This document shows, piece after piece, positions 1-9,521 of a stretch of 64,000 bases of DNA. Both the position numbers and the translations under genes were made by a program. The notes under the pieces are model-generated. The model was not told where the DNA came from. It saw nothing but the letters and a program-made list of their open reading frames with translations, and made no database searches. Every line of letters starts with the position of its first letter. Within the stretch, counting starts at the first letter, position 1. The stretch spans positions 135,365 through 199,364 of the forward strand of contig SVHX01000001.1 in assembly GCA_015055665.1 (NCBI GenBank), given 5' to 3'. This stretch comes from Clostridiales bacterium (GTDB lineage Bacteria > Bacillota > Clostridia > Christensenellales > UBA1242).

Positions 1-1225
1 TGAATATTAATTGTTTAAGCTTAATTTGAGTTTCTGTCTTCTTGTATTTGTAGAAATATGTATCAAAGATATTCTCTGCAATCCATCTAAATCTAGTGAA
101 CAGATCCCTATCGGAATACTTGTTATAAAACAAATCTCTTATCTTCTTGGTATCTATCTCAACATTATTAATTGTTAAATTATCGATTGCGAAATTATTA
201 ATATAATTAGCATTAGCGTATGCCAACAAGTCATCTAGGAATCTTCCGGATGTCTTGTATCTATAATCGTCTAAATCATCTCCCGTGAGCAATCTTTCTA
301 CCTGCTCATATCTTCGCTCAATAATCAAATGCTTGCGTAATATCTTGCGTGCATAATCATCAAGTTGCAATTTCTCCACGTCATCCTCAGCAAGCTCTGG
401 CAGCACAGATGATATGTAAGACGAAAAAGCACTATTGGGAGATATAAACATTATATTGCTAGAATTAATTTTGCCTTTCATCTTATAGAGCAGATAAGCT
501 ATTCGGTGTAATGCAATTGCAGTTTTACCAGATCCAGCTACACCTTGAACAATTATTGTTTTGTTCTCTTCCCCTCGGATTATCTCGTTTTGTTCTTTTT
601 GGATAGTTTCGATAATCGTCTTCATCTTATTGTCAACACTATTAGACAAAGCTTCTTGCAGTATTTGATCCTCAATATTAACTGTTGTATCTATATAATA
701 CTGAAATTGACCTTTGTCAATACCATACTGACGCTTGTTATTAAGATAGCAATTGAGCACAGAAGAATTATTAGATATCTTGCACTCACCACTCTCATAA
801 TCATAGAATATGCTGGCAATCGGACTACGCCAATCGACAACCTTGTAATCATTTTCGCCTTTTGTTAGAGAGTGTATGCCGATATAATATTTTTCGGGAG
901 CAGCATTATCAGTTGATGATATATCAATACTAGCAAAGTAAGGCTTGTCTAGCATCTTGTTATAAGTTAATTTATCCCTCTCATAATTAACGCTATCCTT
1001 CTGCAAGTCTTCGAGCCTTGTCTGGTAATTAACCAACTCAACAACATCTTCTTCGTTTATCTTATTAGCATTTCGCTTAAGATACTCAAAGTACTCGGCG
1101 TTATCTTTGCGAAAAACACCTTCTAAATTATTAGAAGAATCTTCAAGAATATTAAGTTTGTCATGAACAATATCTAAGGTTTCGCTCAAATACTGCTTCT
1201 CTAATTCAACAATTTTCTTGTCCAC
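1..1225 (-). CDS. helD: UvrD/HelD-like superfamily-1 helicase, N-terminal part (gene continues beyond the left edge)
   Basis: Missing from the ORF track because it runs off the window. My translation from GTG at 1225 (GAGTGG 7 nt upstream) stays open to position 1. It reads ...NKTIIVQGVAGSGKTAIALHRIAYLLY..., a helicase Walker A, after a long N-terminal arm as in HelD. Confidence 0.7.
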   Translation of the reverse strand, partial: MDKKIVELEKQYLSETLDIVHDKLNILEDSSNNLEGVFRKDNAEYFEYLKRNANKINEEDVVELVNYQTRLEDLQKDSVNYERDKLTYNKMLDKPYFASIDISSTDNAAPEKYYIGIHSLTKGENDYKVVDWRSPIASIFYDYESGECKISNNSSVLNCYLNNKRQYGIDKGQFQYYIDTTVNIEDQILQEALSNSVDNKMKTIIETIQKEQNEIIRGEENKTIIVQGVAGSGKTAIALHRIAYLLYKMKGKINSSNIMFISPNSAFSSYISSVLPELAEDDVEKLQLDDYARKILRKHLIIERRYEQVERLLTGDDLDDYRYKTSGRFLDDLLAYANANYINNFAIDNLTINNVEIDTKKIRDLFYNKYSDRDLFTRFRWIAENIFDTYFYKYKKTETQIKLKQLIF

Positions 1226-1316
1226 AAATAACCACTCTAAATTATTTCGTTTAAATATTTTAACACAACATTAATATTTTTTCAATCAATAAAGGAAATT
1301 TATCACAAAAAATAAC

Positions 1317-1358
1317 AAAAAAACAACTAACATCAACCCAAACAGCGATATTAGTTGT
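1317..1358 (-). terminator. intrinsic terminator after hslU
   Basis: 8-bp stem ACAACTAA/TTAGTTGT followed by a T-run on the minus strand, just downstream of the hslU stop. Confidence 0.55.
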
Positions 1359-1365
1359 AAAATTA

Positions 1366-2676
1366 TTAAATAATATATTTGGTCAAATCATATTTTCTGG
1401 TTGTTTCCTCAAATGCTTTATCCACATAAGCCTTGTCTATAACAACCTCAACTTCTTGATGTTCGCCATTAGCATTAAACGAAATATCCTCAAGCAACTT
1501 CTCCATAATATTATGAAGCCTACGTGCTCCAAGATTCTCGCTAGTAATATTCTCCTGCTCTGCAATATTGGCAATTGCTCTAAGAGCATCATCCTTAAAG
1601 TTAAGTAGAATTTTGTCAACTTTAAGTAACTCGGAATATTGTAATGTAAGTGCATTTTTTGGCTGAGTAAGAATATTAAAGAAGTCATCAGCATCAAGAT
1701 TATTAAGCTCTACCCTAATTGGGAATCTTCCTTGGAACTCTGGTATCAAATCTTCAATCTTGCTTATATGGAAAGCTCCTGCTGCAATAAAGAGTATATA
1801 GTCTGTCTTAATTGTTCCGTACTTAGTGGTTACAGTAGAGCCCTCAACTAGTGGAAGTATATCTCTCTGCACACCTTCCCTACTAACATCTGGACCTTTG
1901 GATGCACCTTTGCCAGCAATCTTATCTATCTCATCAATAAATATAATACCATCTTGCTCAGCACGCCTAATTGCCTCAGCGTTAACACTTTCTGTATCAA
2001 TTAACTTATCACACTCTTCTTGTAGCATGAATTCGTACGCTTTGCCAACACTTAATTTCTTTTTCTTTCTTTGTGCTGGGAATATACTGCCTAGCACATT
2101 ACTAAGATCCATATCTGGTCCCATGCCTGGCATAACTCCAATTGCCTTAGGTTGCTCGTTAATCATTACCTCGATAATATCATTATCTAACTTGCCAGAC
2201 TGAAGATCTTCCAATATCTTAGCCTTAAGCTCAGCAGCATCAACATCAGGATTCTGTTCCTTCTTTACAGGATAAATAACCTCAACAAGCTTATTCTCAA
2301 CATTTACTTTTGCCTTGCTCTTGACGTCGTTCATCTTCTCTTCTTTGACAAGTCTTACAGAATACTCAACAAGATCTCGTATCATACTTTCGCAATCTCT
2401 ACCAACATATCCGACTTCCGTAAACTTAGTAGCCTCAACCTTAATAAAAGGTGCTTTCACAAGCTTGGCAAGACGTCTAGCAATCTCTGTCTTACCAACG
2501 CCAGTTGGTCCTTGCATAATAATATTTTTTGGGGTTATTTCATCTCTTAATTCCTTAGAGAGTTGACTACGTCTATATCTATTTCTAAGAGCGATAGCAA
2601 CAGCTTTCTTAGCCTCTGCTTGTCCAATAATATATTTATCTAATTCTCTAACAATCTCTTTAGGTGACAAATTCAT
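1366..2676 (-). CDS. hslU: ATP-dependent protease ATPase subunit HslU
   Basis: 436 aa. N-terminus LSPKEIVRELDKYIIGQAEAKKAVAIALRNRYRR, Walker A GPTGVGKTEIARRLA, adjacent to hslV. Confidence 0.95.
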   Translation of the reverse strand: MNLSPKEIVRELDKYIIGQAEAKKAVAIALRNRYRRSQLSKELRDEITPKNIIMQGPTGVGKTEIARRLAKLVKAPFIKVEATKFTEVGYVGRDCESMIRDLVEYSVRLVKEEKMNDVKSKAKVNVENKLVEVIYPVKKEQNPDVDAAELKAKILEDLQSGKLDNDIIEVMINEQPKAIGVMPGMGPDMDLSNVLGSIFPAQRKKKKLSVGKAYEFMLQEECDKLIDTESVNAEAIRRAEQDGIIFIDEIDKIAGKGASKGPDVSREGVQRDILPLVEGSTVTTKYGTIKTDYILFIAAGAFHISKIEDLIPEFQGRFPIRVELNNLDADDFFNILTQPKNALTLQYSELLKVDKILLNFKDDALRAIANIAEQENITSENLGARRLHNIMEKLLEDISFNANGEHQEVEVVIDKAYVDKAFEETTRKYDLTKYII

Positions 2677-2680
2677 TAAC

Positions 2681-3214
2681 CTATACCTCCTCTATTGTTA
2701 AATTATGGTTAGTGTATACACACATATCACCAGCAATCTTCATAGCTTTCTTAACAATTTCCATAGCATCAAGATCAGTATTTTCCATTAACGCACGTGC
2801 AGCTGCCATTGCATATAGACTACCACTACCAATCGAGCAAACGTTACTTTCTGGCTCAATTACTTCGCCAGTACCAGATATAATTAACATCTGAGATTTG
2901 TCTGCGACAATCATCTGAGCATCAAGTCTTCTTGGATATTTGTCATCACGGAATCCAAGAGCAAGCTCTACCGCACTTCTTAGCAAGTTACCGCTAAACT
3001 TCTGCAGTAACTCTTCAAATCTTGCCTCTAGAGCAAAAGCGTCAGCCACAGAGCCAGCGAATCCAATAACAACTTTGTCGTTGTATACACGCCTAACCTT
3101 CTTAGAATTACTCTTCATTATAACGTGCTCACCAAGTGTTGCCTGTCCATCTCCCGCTATAATAATTTTACCATCTTTCTTAACACCTATAATAGTAGTT
3201 CCTCTTAGTTCCAT
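2681..3214 (-). CDS. hslV: ATP-dependent protease subunit HslV
   Basis: 177 aa. The sequence after Met begins ...GTTIIGVKKDGKIIIAGDGQATLG with the catalytic Thr context, immediately upstream of hslU. Confidence 0.95.
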   Translation of the reverse strand: MELRGTTIIGVKKDGKIIIAGDGQATLGEHVIMKSNSKKVRRVYNDKVVIGFAGSVADAFALEARFEELLQKFSGNLLRSAVELALGFRDDKYPRRLDAQMIVADKSQMLIISGTGEVIEPESNVCSIGSGSLYAMAAARALMENTDLDAMEIVKKAMKIAGDMCVYTNHNLTIEEV

Positions 3215-3217
3215 TGT

Positions 3218-4525
3218 TTATAGTTTCTCCTTTATAATCAATTCATTAATCAAAGATAATGATTTGTCAGCAAGCAATTTGTTTTTTGCCTTCTTATCCT
3301 TCATCCTTATCTCTTCGTAATTAATTAGTCCCATATTAGCACTCATTGGCTCAAAGTCGCCAACTTTGTTAGCAATATATTTACATAATGCACCAATAAT
3401 AGTGTGCTTGTCAAACAAAATCGGCTCAGCACCGCTAAGATGCCTATACATATTAAGTCCAGCCACAAGTCCGGACGAGATACTCTCGATGTACCCCTCA
3501 ACTCCGCTTATTTGACCAGCAAAGAATATGTTAGGATAATTAATCATCTGATAAGTTTCTTTTAAAACTCCTGGCGACTTAATGTATGTGTTCTTGTGCA
3601 TTGTTCCTAATCTTAAGAACTCTGCATCCTCTAACCCCGGAATCATACGAAATATTCGTTTCTGCTCCGGATAAATTAGATTAGTCTGGAATCCAACAAT
3701 ATTGTAATACTCGTTGCCAAAAGTTTCTTTGCGTAATTGTACTACAGCATATGGAGTCTGATTAGTTCTTGGATCTCTAAGACCTACTGGCTTAAGAGGG
3801 CCAAATCTAATACTATCCTCACCTCGTGATGCAAGAATTTCAATGGGCATACAACCTTCGTAAACTTTGTGTTTCTCGAAATCCTTTAATACAACAGTTT
3901 CGCCATTAATAAGTTCGTTATAGAATCTTAGATACTGCTCTTTGGTAAAAGGACAATTAATATAATCACCATCACCCTTATCGTATCTATCCTTAATGTA
4001 CGCGATATCGAAATTAATGCTATCATATGATACAATTGGAGCAATTGCATCAAAGAAATACAATTCCTCCGAGCCTACAAGCTTCATAATTTGAGTAGAA
4101 AGTGCATCCGAGGTAAGAGGGCCCGATGCAATTATTGTTGGAATATTAGTATCAATATCGCATACCTCTTGCCTAATAATTTCTATATTAGGCATATTGG
4201 ATAATATCTCAGTCACCCTTGCACTAAACTTCTCTCTATCTACCGATAGACTAGCTCCAGCTGGCACACGAGTTTCGTCAGCAACCTTAATAAGTAGACT
4301 ATCAAGTTGTCTTAACTCTTCCTTTAGTAATCCACCAGCAGTAGTTATTTCGTTACTTTTGAGCGAATTCGAGCAGACAAGCTCTGCTAGATTCTCGTTA
4401 TGATGGGCAGGTGTAAACTTAGGCTTCATATCATATAGCTTAACTTTCACACCACGCTTTGCAAGCTGATACGCACACTCACAACCAGCAAGACCACCAC
4501 CAATAATTTTAACTATTTTCTCCAT
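3218..4525 (-). CDS. trmFO: methylenetetrahydrofolate--tRNA-(uracil-5)-methyltransferase TrmFO
   Basis: FAD motif IIGGGLAGCECAYQLA and full-length similarity to Gid/TrmFO. The track ORF begins at TTG 4531; ATG 4525 is the more likely start. Overlaps the topA stop. Confidence 0.92.
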   Translation of the reverse strand: MEKIVKIIGGGLAGCECAYQLAKRGVKVKLYDMKPKFTPAHHNENLAELVCSNSLKSNEITTAGGLLKEELRQLDSLLIKVADETRVPAGASLSVDREKFSARVTEILSNMPNIEIIRQEVCDIDTNIPTIIASGPLTSDALSTQIMKLVGSEELYFFDAIAPIVSYDSINFDIAYIKDRYDKGDGDYINCPFTKEQYLRFYNELINGETVVLKDFEKHKVYEGCMPIEILASRGEDSIRFGPLKPVGLRDPRTNQTPYAVVQLRKETFGNEYYNIVGFQTNLIYPEQKRIFRMIPGLEDAEFLRLGTMHKNTYIKSPGVLKETYQMINYPNIFFAGQISGVEGYIESISSGLVAGLNMYRHLSGAEPILFDKHTIIGALCKYIANKVGDFEPMSANMGLINYEEIRMKDKKAKNKLLADKSLSLINELIIKEKL

Positions 4526-6608
4526 TGTCAACCACTTTATTACTTATACTTTCGCTATGACCACACTCGGCATTACTACACTTCTTTCTTGGTTTGCCAT
4601 AGAACTCCTTCTGAGTCATATAACTGCCACACTTAGGACACTTCTCGTCAAGAGGTATCTCCCAAGATATAAAGTCACACTTAGGGTATTCTTTGCAACC
4701 ATAGAATATTTTGCCATTTTTTGACCTACGTTCTATAACGTCACCACCACATTTAGGGCACTTTGCCACAACTTTATATATGTTCTGAATATTCTTACAA
4801 GCAGGATAATTACTACAAGCAAGGAATTCTCCGTACTTACTAACACGCTTAACCATCTTGTGTCCGCATTTATCACAATCAATATCAGTCATTTCTGGCT
4901 CTACTGGCTGTCCAACGAGCTTCTCTAAGTAATCATTAAATTTCTTCATAACACCTAGATAATCAAGACCTTCGTTAGCAATCTTATCAAGTTTTCCTTC
5001 CATATCAGCAGTAAAGTGTACATTAAATAGCCCCTCATAACCTTTGATAAGGAACGCTATTAATTTCTCGCCAATTTCGGTAGGTTTTAGGAATTTGCCT
5101 TCCTTCTCCACATACTTACGACTTGTAAGCAAAGTAATTGTAGGCGTATAAGTAGCCGGACGACCAATACCCTTTTCTTCCATCTCTTTAACTAAAGACG
5201 CTTCTGTGTATCTTGGGTTAGGTTTTGTAAATTTTTGCTTAGTTTCGATATCTTTGCACGAAACCTCATCCCCTTCCTTAAGTTCAGGTAATTTATTGTT
5301 TTCGCTCTCAGCTTCGTCATCAGAATCTTCTTTGACTTTCTCTTTCTTATTACTAGCAGATAGCTTCATAAATCCGTCAAATACAGGCGTTTTACCCGAA
5401 CACTTAAATGTGTAATCCCCATTGTCAATTTCAACTACAACCGAGTTAAATGTAGCCTCGCTCATTTGGCTAGCCAAGAATTTATTATATATTAACTTAT
5501 ACAACTTATAATTCTCGTTACTAAGATACTGCTTGACAGACTCAGGTGTACGATCTAAGGATATAGGTCTTATAGCTTCGTGGGCGTCTTGAGCAGAGTT
5601 CTTAACCTTGAATACATTAGGAGTCTTAGGCACATACTGACTACCAAAATTATTAATAATATAGTCTTTTGCCATAGCCTGTGCCTCTGGAGCAACACGC
5701 ACACTATCTGTTCTTATATAAGTGATAAGTGCTACCTTACCCTCACTACCAAGTGTAACACCTTCGTACAATTCTTGGGCACAAGATGTTACTTTCTTAA
5801 GTGATAATCCAAGCTTATTAAGAGCGTCTTGCTGCATTGTACTAGTAGTAAATGGAGCAGAAGGCTTAACTTTGCTAAGAGACTTCTTAACATTTTTTAC
5901 GATATATTTGTTAGATGCCAAAGCAGCCAAAACATTATCAACATCATCTCTGCAAGACGGAACGTACTTTTTGCCCTTAAATTTTGCTAAACTTGCTCTA
6001 AATAAATCGCTATCGCCTTTGAACAAATTAGCTATCATTGACCAGTATTCTTGAGGAACGAAGTTTCTTATCTCATTTTCTCTATCCACAACCAATCTAA
6101 GGGCAACACTCTGCACTCTTCCAGCACTCATATTAGGGCTAATTGCCTTGCACGCTTTGGGAGATACTCTATAACCAACCAACCTATCAATAACACGCCT
6201 AGTCTGCTGAGCGTTAACAAGATTAAGATCAATTGCTCTTGGATTTGCAAGACCCTTAGCAATGGCGTTCTTAGTTATTTCGTTAAATTCTATCCTTATA
6301 GGAGCTCCTGGATCAAGATTAAGTATATTACATAAATGCCAACTAATAGCTTCACCTTCTCTATCCGGGTCGGTTGCAAGATAAATCTGTTCGGCTTGAG
6401 AACTCTTATCTCTTAGCATCTTAACTATCTCTTGCTTGTCTGGCATTATAGTATACTGCATTTCAAAGTTATTACGAACATTAACACCAATAGTCTTCTG
6501 AGGAAGATCTCTCACGTGTCCCTTGGTCGCAACAACCTCGTATTCGCTCCCCAAATATTTCTTAATAGTATCTCTTTTACCAATACCTTCTATAATTACT
6601 AATTTCAT
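4509..6608 (-). CDS. topA: DNA topoisomerase I
   Basis: 699 aa. Toprim N-terminus (KLVIIEGIGKRDTIKKYLG), the active-site region, and three or four C-terminal CxxC zinc ribbons. Confidence 0.96.
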   Translation of the reverse strand: MKLVIIEGIGKRDTIKKYLGSEYEVVATKGHVRDLPQKTIGVNVRNNFEMQYTIMPDKQEIVKMLRDKSSQAEQIYLATDPDREGEAISWHLCNILNLDPGAPIRIEFNEITKNAIAKGLANPRAIDLNLVNAQQTRRVIDRLVGYRVSPKACKAISPNMSAGRVQSVALRLVVDRENEIRNFVPQEYWSMIANLFKGDSDLFRASLAKFKGKKYVPSCRDDVDNVLAALASNKYIVKNVKKSLSKVKPSAPFTTSTMQQDALNKLGLSLKKVTSCAQELYEGVTLGSEGKVALITYIRTDSVRVAPEAQAMAKDYIINNFGSQYVPKTPNVFKVKNSAQDAHEAIRPISLDRTPESVKQYLSNENYKLYKLIYNKFLASQMSEATFNSVVVEIDNGDYTFKCSGKTPVFDGFMKLSASNKKEKVKEDSDDEAESENNKLPELKEGDEVSCKDIETKQKFTKPNPRYTEASLVKEMEEKGIGRPATYTPTITLLTSRKYVEKEGKFLKPTEIGEKLIAFLIKGYEGLFNVHFTADMEGKLDKIANEGLDYLGVMKKFNDYLEKLVGQPVEPEMTDIDCDKCGHKMVKRVSKYGEFLACSNYPACKNIQNIYKVVAKCPKCGGDVIERRSKNGKIFYGCKEYPKCDFISWEIPLDEKCPKCGSYMTQKEFYGKPRKKCSNAECGHSESISNKVVDNGENS

Positions 6609-6628
6609 ATATCTCCTTAATCAATTAA

Positions 6629-7735
6629 TTATTCAGACTTTGGCGATACCAAAGCATAGTAGTTGTTAGGATACTTCTCAACAACACCTTTTAGTACAAG
6701 CCTAGTAAGCCAGGTCTGAGTAGTCCTAGTATCTAGACCAACTTCTTTAATTATTGTATCAAAATGCTTCTCTTCTCCAAGTAACGCATCATAAATCAGT
6801 TGCTCTTCCATAGTCAATTGAAGAATATTAGAAGTATTTTTTACCTCTTTAGATTTACCGTACCTATCAATTATATCCTTGGAACTAAGTAGCATTTCTG
6901 CCTGTCCATTACGAATAGCAAGATTGCATCCGCTACTATAAATATCATTAATTCTTGCAGGCAGAGCAAAAACATCTCTACCATAATCAATAGCATAATT
7001 CTTGGTATGCATACTACCACTCTTCTCTGTTGCCTCAACAACAAATACCGCTCTAGAAAGACCAGCAATTATTCTATTACGAATCGGAAAATGAAATGTC
7101 AGAGATTGCTCGCTTGGCTTATACTCACTAACAAGCAATCCGCCATTAGTAACAATCTCACTAGCAAGACCAATATTGCTAGCTGGATAGATATTCATAA
7201 ATCCACCACCAAGCACGGCAATAGTTTTGCCTTTAACATCAAGAGTTGCCCTATGAGCACACGCGTCAATTCCTTCGGCAAGACCACTCACAATAACAAT
7301 TCCTTCTGATGCTACATCATGAACAATCTTAGTACACATATCCCTACCGTACTTAGTTGATCTTCTAGAACCCACAACAGCCAGACACTCGGACTTAAGA
7401 AGAGAAATATCGCCTTTGCAATACAACACAATTGGAGCTGCTCCCGTTTCCTTAAGCAATTCTGGATAATCATTACTAACAATTGTTACTATTTCAATTC
7501 CTTGTTTATCGTAGTTTTCGAGCAACCTATCGATATCGACAAGACTGCGAGTTTTAAGCATTTCGTGATATTCTTCAGCAGTTACTATATTGAGCATCTC
7601 TGCCCTATAATTCTGCAGATTATCAAACAATTCCTCAATATCATCACAATCATTTATAATCGTATTTAATTTCCTATTAGTGAGAAACTCGAATTGAGTT
7701 AGCCATAATATAATTTTATCAGTTCTACTAATCAT
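6629..7735 (-). CDS. dprA: DNA-processing protein DprA
   Basis: 368 aa. Rossmann-like core VVGSRRSTKYG...GLAEGIDACAH. Conserved position upstream of topA. Confidence 0.9.
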   Translation of the reverse strand: MISRTDKIILWLTQFEFLTNRKLNTIINDCDDIEELFDNLQNYRAEMLNIVTAEEYHEMLKTRSLVDIDRLLENYDKQGIEIVTIVSNDYPELLKETGAAPIVLYCKGDISLLKSECLAVVGSRRSTKYGRDMCTKIVHDVASEGIVIVSGLAEGIDACAHRATLDVKGKTIAVLGGGFMNIYPASNIGLASEIVTNGGLLVSEYKPSEQSLTFHFPIRNRIIAGLSRAVFVVEATEKSGSMHTKNYAIDYGRDVFALPARINDIYSSGCNLAIRNGQAEMLLSSKDIIDRYGKSKEVKNTSNILQLTMEEQLIYDALLGEEKHFDTIIKEVGLDTRTTQTWLTRLVLKGVVEKYPNNYYALVSPKSE

Positions 7736-7738
7736 GAA

Positions 7739-9271
7739 TCAACCCCAGTACTTACCATCTAGCGATCTATACGAAATTGCTTCGATAATATGGTCATCAA
7801 GAATATCAGCACTTCCTTCTAGGTCTGCAATAGTCCTCGCCACCTTAAGGATACGATTATATCCTCTAGCACTTAGATTCATTTTCTCAAAGGCATACCT
7901 AAGCATCTTATCGCTTTCGTAACTAATCTTACAATATTTCTTAATCTGTATATCGTTCATCTTAGCATTGGAATATATACCAGTCGACTCGTATCTACTA
8001 AGTTGAATTTCTCTTGCCTTATCAACTCGCGACTTGATACTCGCACTATCTTCTTCAAGTTCCGAACTATTAAGTTCATCATAAGTAACACTATCAACCT
8101 CAATATGCATATCAATTCTATCCATCAGAGGCCCAGATAATTTGTTAAGATACTTATGTATAGACGCTGGAGTACATTTGCACTCTTTTTCCTTTGACCC
8201 ATAATGACCACATGGGCAAGGATTCATACTTGCAATAAGTGTAAAATTAGCGGGATATTCTATAGAATTTTCCACACGAGCTACCCTTATTACGCCATCT
8301 TCGAGAGGTTGTCTTAACGCCTCAAGAGTATTTCTGTTGTATTCGGGCATCTCATCAAGGAATAATACTCCCGTATGGGCTAGACTAATCTCTCCAGGCT
8401 TTGCCTTATGTCCACCACCAGTAAGAGCAAGCATTGTTGTCGTATGATGAGGTGACCTAATAGGTCTATTATAAACAATACCTTCCTTACTATCTAGCAC
8501 ACCAGCAACACTATGAATCTTAGTAACTTCAAGGGATTCTTCAAATGTTAACTCTGGTAAGATACTAGGAAAACACTTGGCAAGCATAGTCTTGCCACTA
8601 CCAGGAGGGCCAATCATCAATACATTATGACCACCAGCCGCAGCAATCTCTAATGCACGTTTTGCATTAGCTTGTCCTCTAACATATTTAAAGTCATAAG
8701 AGCTTTTCTTTTTGGCTCTAATGGCATCATAGTCGGAGTGTTCGGTAGGCTTAATTTCGATATTTCCACTAACAAATTCAACGGCTTCTTTTAAGCTACT
8801 AACGCCGTATATTTCCATGCCTTCGATATAACTAGCTTCGTTACAATTGCCTTTAGGAATTATTACTTTCTTGTATCCTTCTTGCCTAGCAGAGATTAAG
8901 ATTGGAAGTACGCCATTAATCTTTCTAACACTTCCATCAAGACCAAGTTCTCCTAATATTATATAGTCATCCAAGCACTTTTCTGGCAACTGCTCACTAG
9001 CGTATAAAATACCAAGTGCAACAGGTAGATCATAGAGGGGGCCTTCTTTTTTGGTATCAGCAGGTGCTAGATTAACGGTAACTTTGACTATTGGATATTT
9101 CAAGGCACTATTCTTGATAGCGGATTTCACCCTTTCCTTACTTTCCTTCATGGAAGTACCTACGAGCCCTACAATATCATAACCAGGCAAACCACTAGAA
9201 ATATCAACCTCGCACTTAATAAGGTATCCACAAATACCAGTAAGACCATAACTTTTTACAATAGACAACAT
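7739..9271 (-). CDS. comM: YifB/ComM family Mg-chelatase-like ATPase
   Basis: Lon-protease-like N-domain plus AAA+ core (MIGPPGSGKTMLAK). Start moved to ATG 9271, which has a GGAGGAGG Shine-Dalgarno 8 nt upstream; the track ORF starts at 9322. Confidence 0.9.
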   Translation of the reverse strand: MLSIVKSYGLTGICGYLIKCEVDISSGLPGYDIVGLVGTSMKESKERVKSAIKNSALKYPIVKVTVNLAPADTKKEGPLYDLPVALGILYASEQLPEKCLDDYIILGELGLDGSVRKINGVLPILISARQEGYKKVIIPKGNCNEASYIEGMEIYGVSSLKEAVEFVSGNIEIKPTEHSDYDAIRAKKKSSYDFKYVRGQANAKRALEIAAAGGHNVLMIGPPGSGKTMLAKCFPSILPELTFEESLEVTKIHSVAGVLDSKEGIVYNRPIRSPHHTTTMLALTGGGHKAKPGEISLAHTGVLFLDEMPEYNRNTLEALRQPLEDGVIRVARVENSIEYPANFTLIASMNPCPCGHYGSKEKECKCTPASIHKYLNKLSGPLMDRIDMHIEVDSVTYDELNSSELEEDSASIKSRVDKAREIQLSRYESTGIYSNAKMNDIQIKKYCKISYESDKMLRYAFEKMNLSARGYNRILKVARTIADLEGSADILDDHIIEAISYRSLDGKYWG

Positions 9272-9485
9272 GGACAGAAACCTCCTCCTATATGTCACAC
9301 AATTACTTATCATTATAACCACAAAAAAAATTAATTACAACTATTTTTGCAAAATTTTAAGAAATTTTTTCAAGTAAGTTTCCTATTAAAATATTATTTA
9401 TATATTAATATATTATATAATATATATGTAAGTTTTATTGCGTAACAAAACGACAAATACTCCTATATTCCGCAATAAATTACAC

Positions 9486-9516
9486 AAAAAGTACCAAGAG
9501 AATTTCTCTCGGTACT
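9486..9516 (-). terminator. intrinsic terminator after thrS
   Basis: 12-bp stem (AGTACCAAGAGA/TCTCTCGGTACT, one mismatch) followed by T5 on the minus strand, 6 nt past the thrS stop. Confidence 0.6.
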
Positions 9517-9521
9517 TCTAA

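Noticed and set aside
545-868. Many antisense or off-frame ORFs inside well-supported genes. Examples: 545-868 in helD, 1826-2203 in hslU, 5722-6054 in topA, 24790-25275 in yloV, 45088-45456 and 44754-45062 in dnaJ, 46686-47150 in dnaK, 37097-37336 in pcrA, and 55763-56236 opposite the membrane protein.
   Set aside because: Each lies fully within a longer ORF with clear homology or motifs. All lack Shine-Dalgarno sequences and give low-complexity translations typical of shadow ORFs.
9360-9480. AT-palindromic stretch (TATATATTAATATATTATATAATATATATGTAAG) and the 8-bp inverted repeat TTATTGCG...CGCAATAA, considered as a possible dif site, origin or operator.
   Set aside because: The match to Firmicute dif (ACTTCCTAGAATATATATTATGTAAACT) is poor outside the AT core. 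There are no DnaA-box clusters. It is most simply AT-rich promoter/spacer DNA between thrS and comM.
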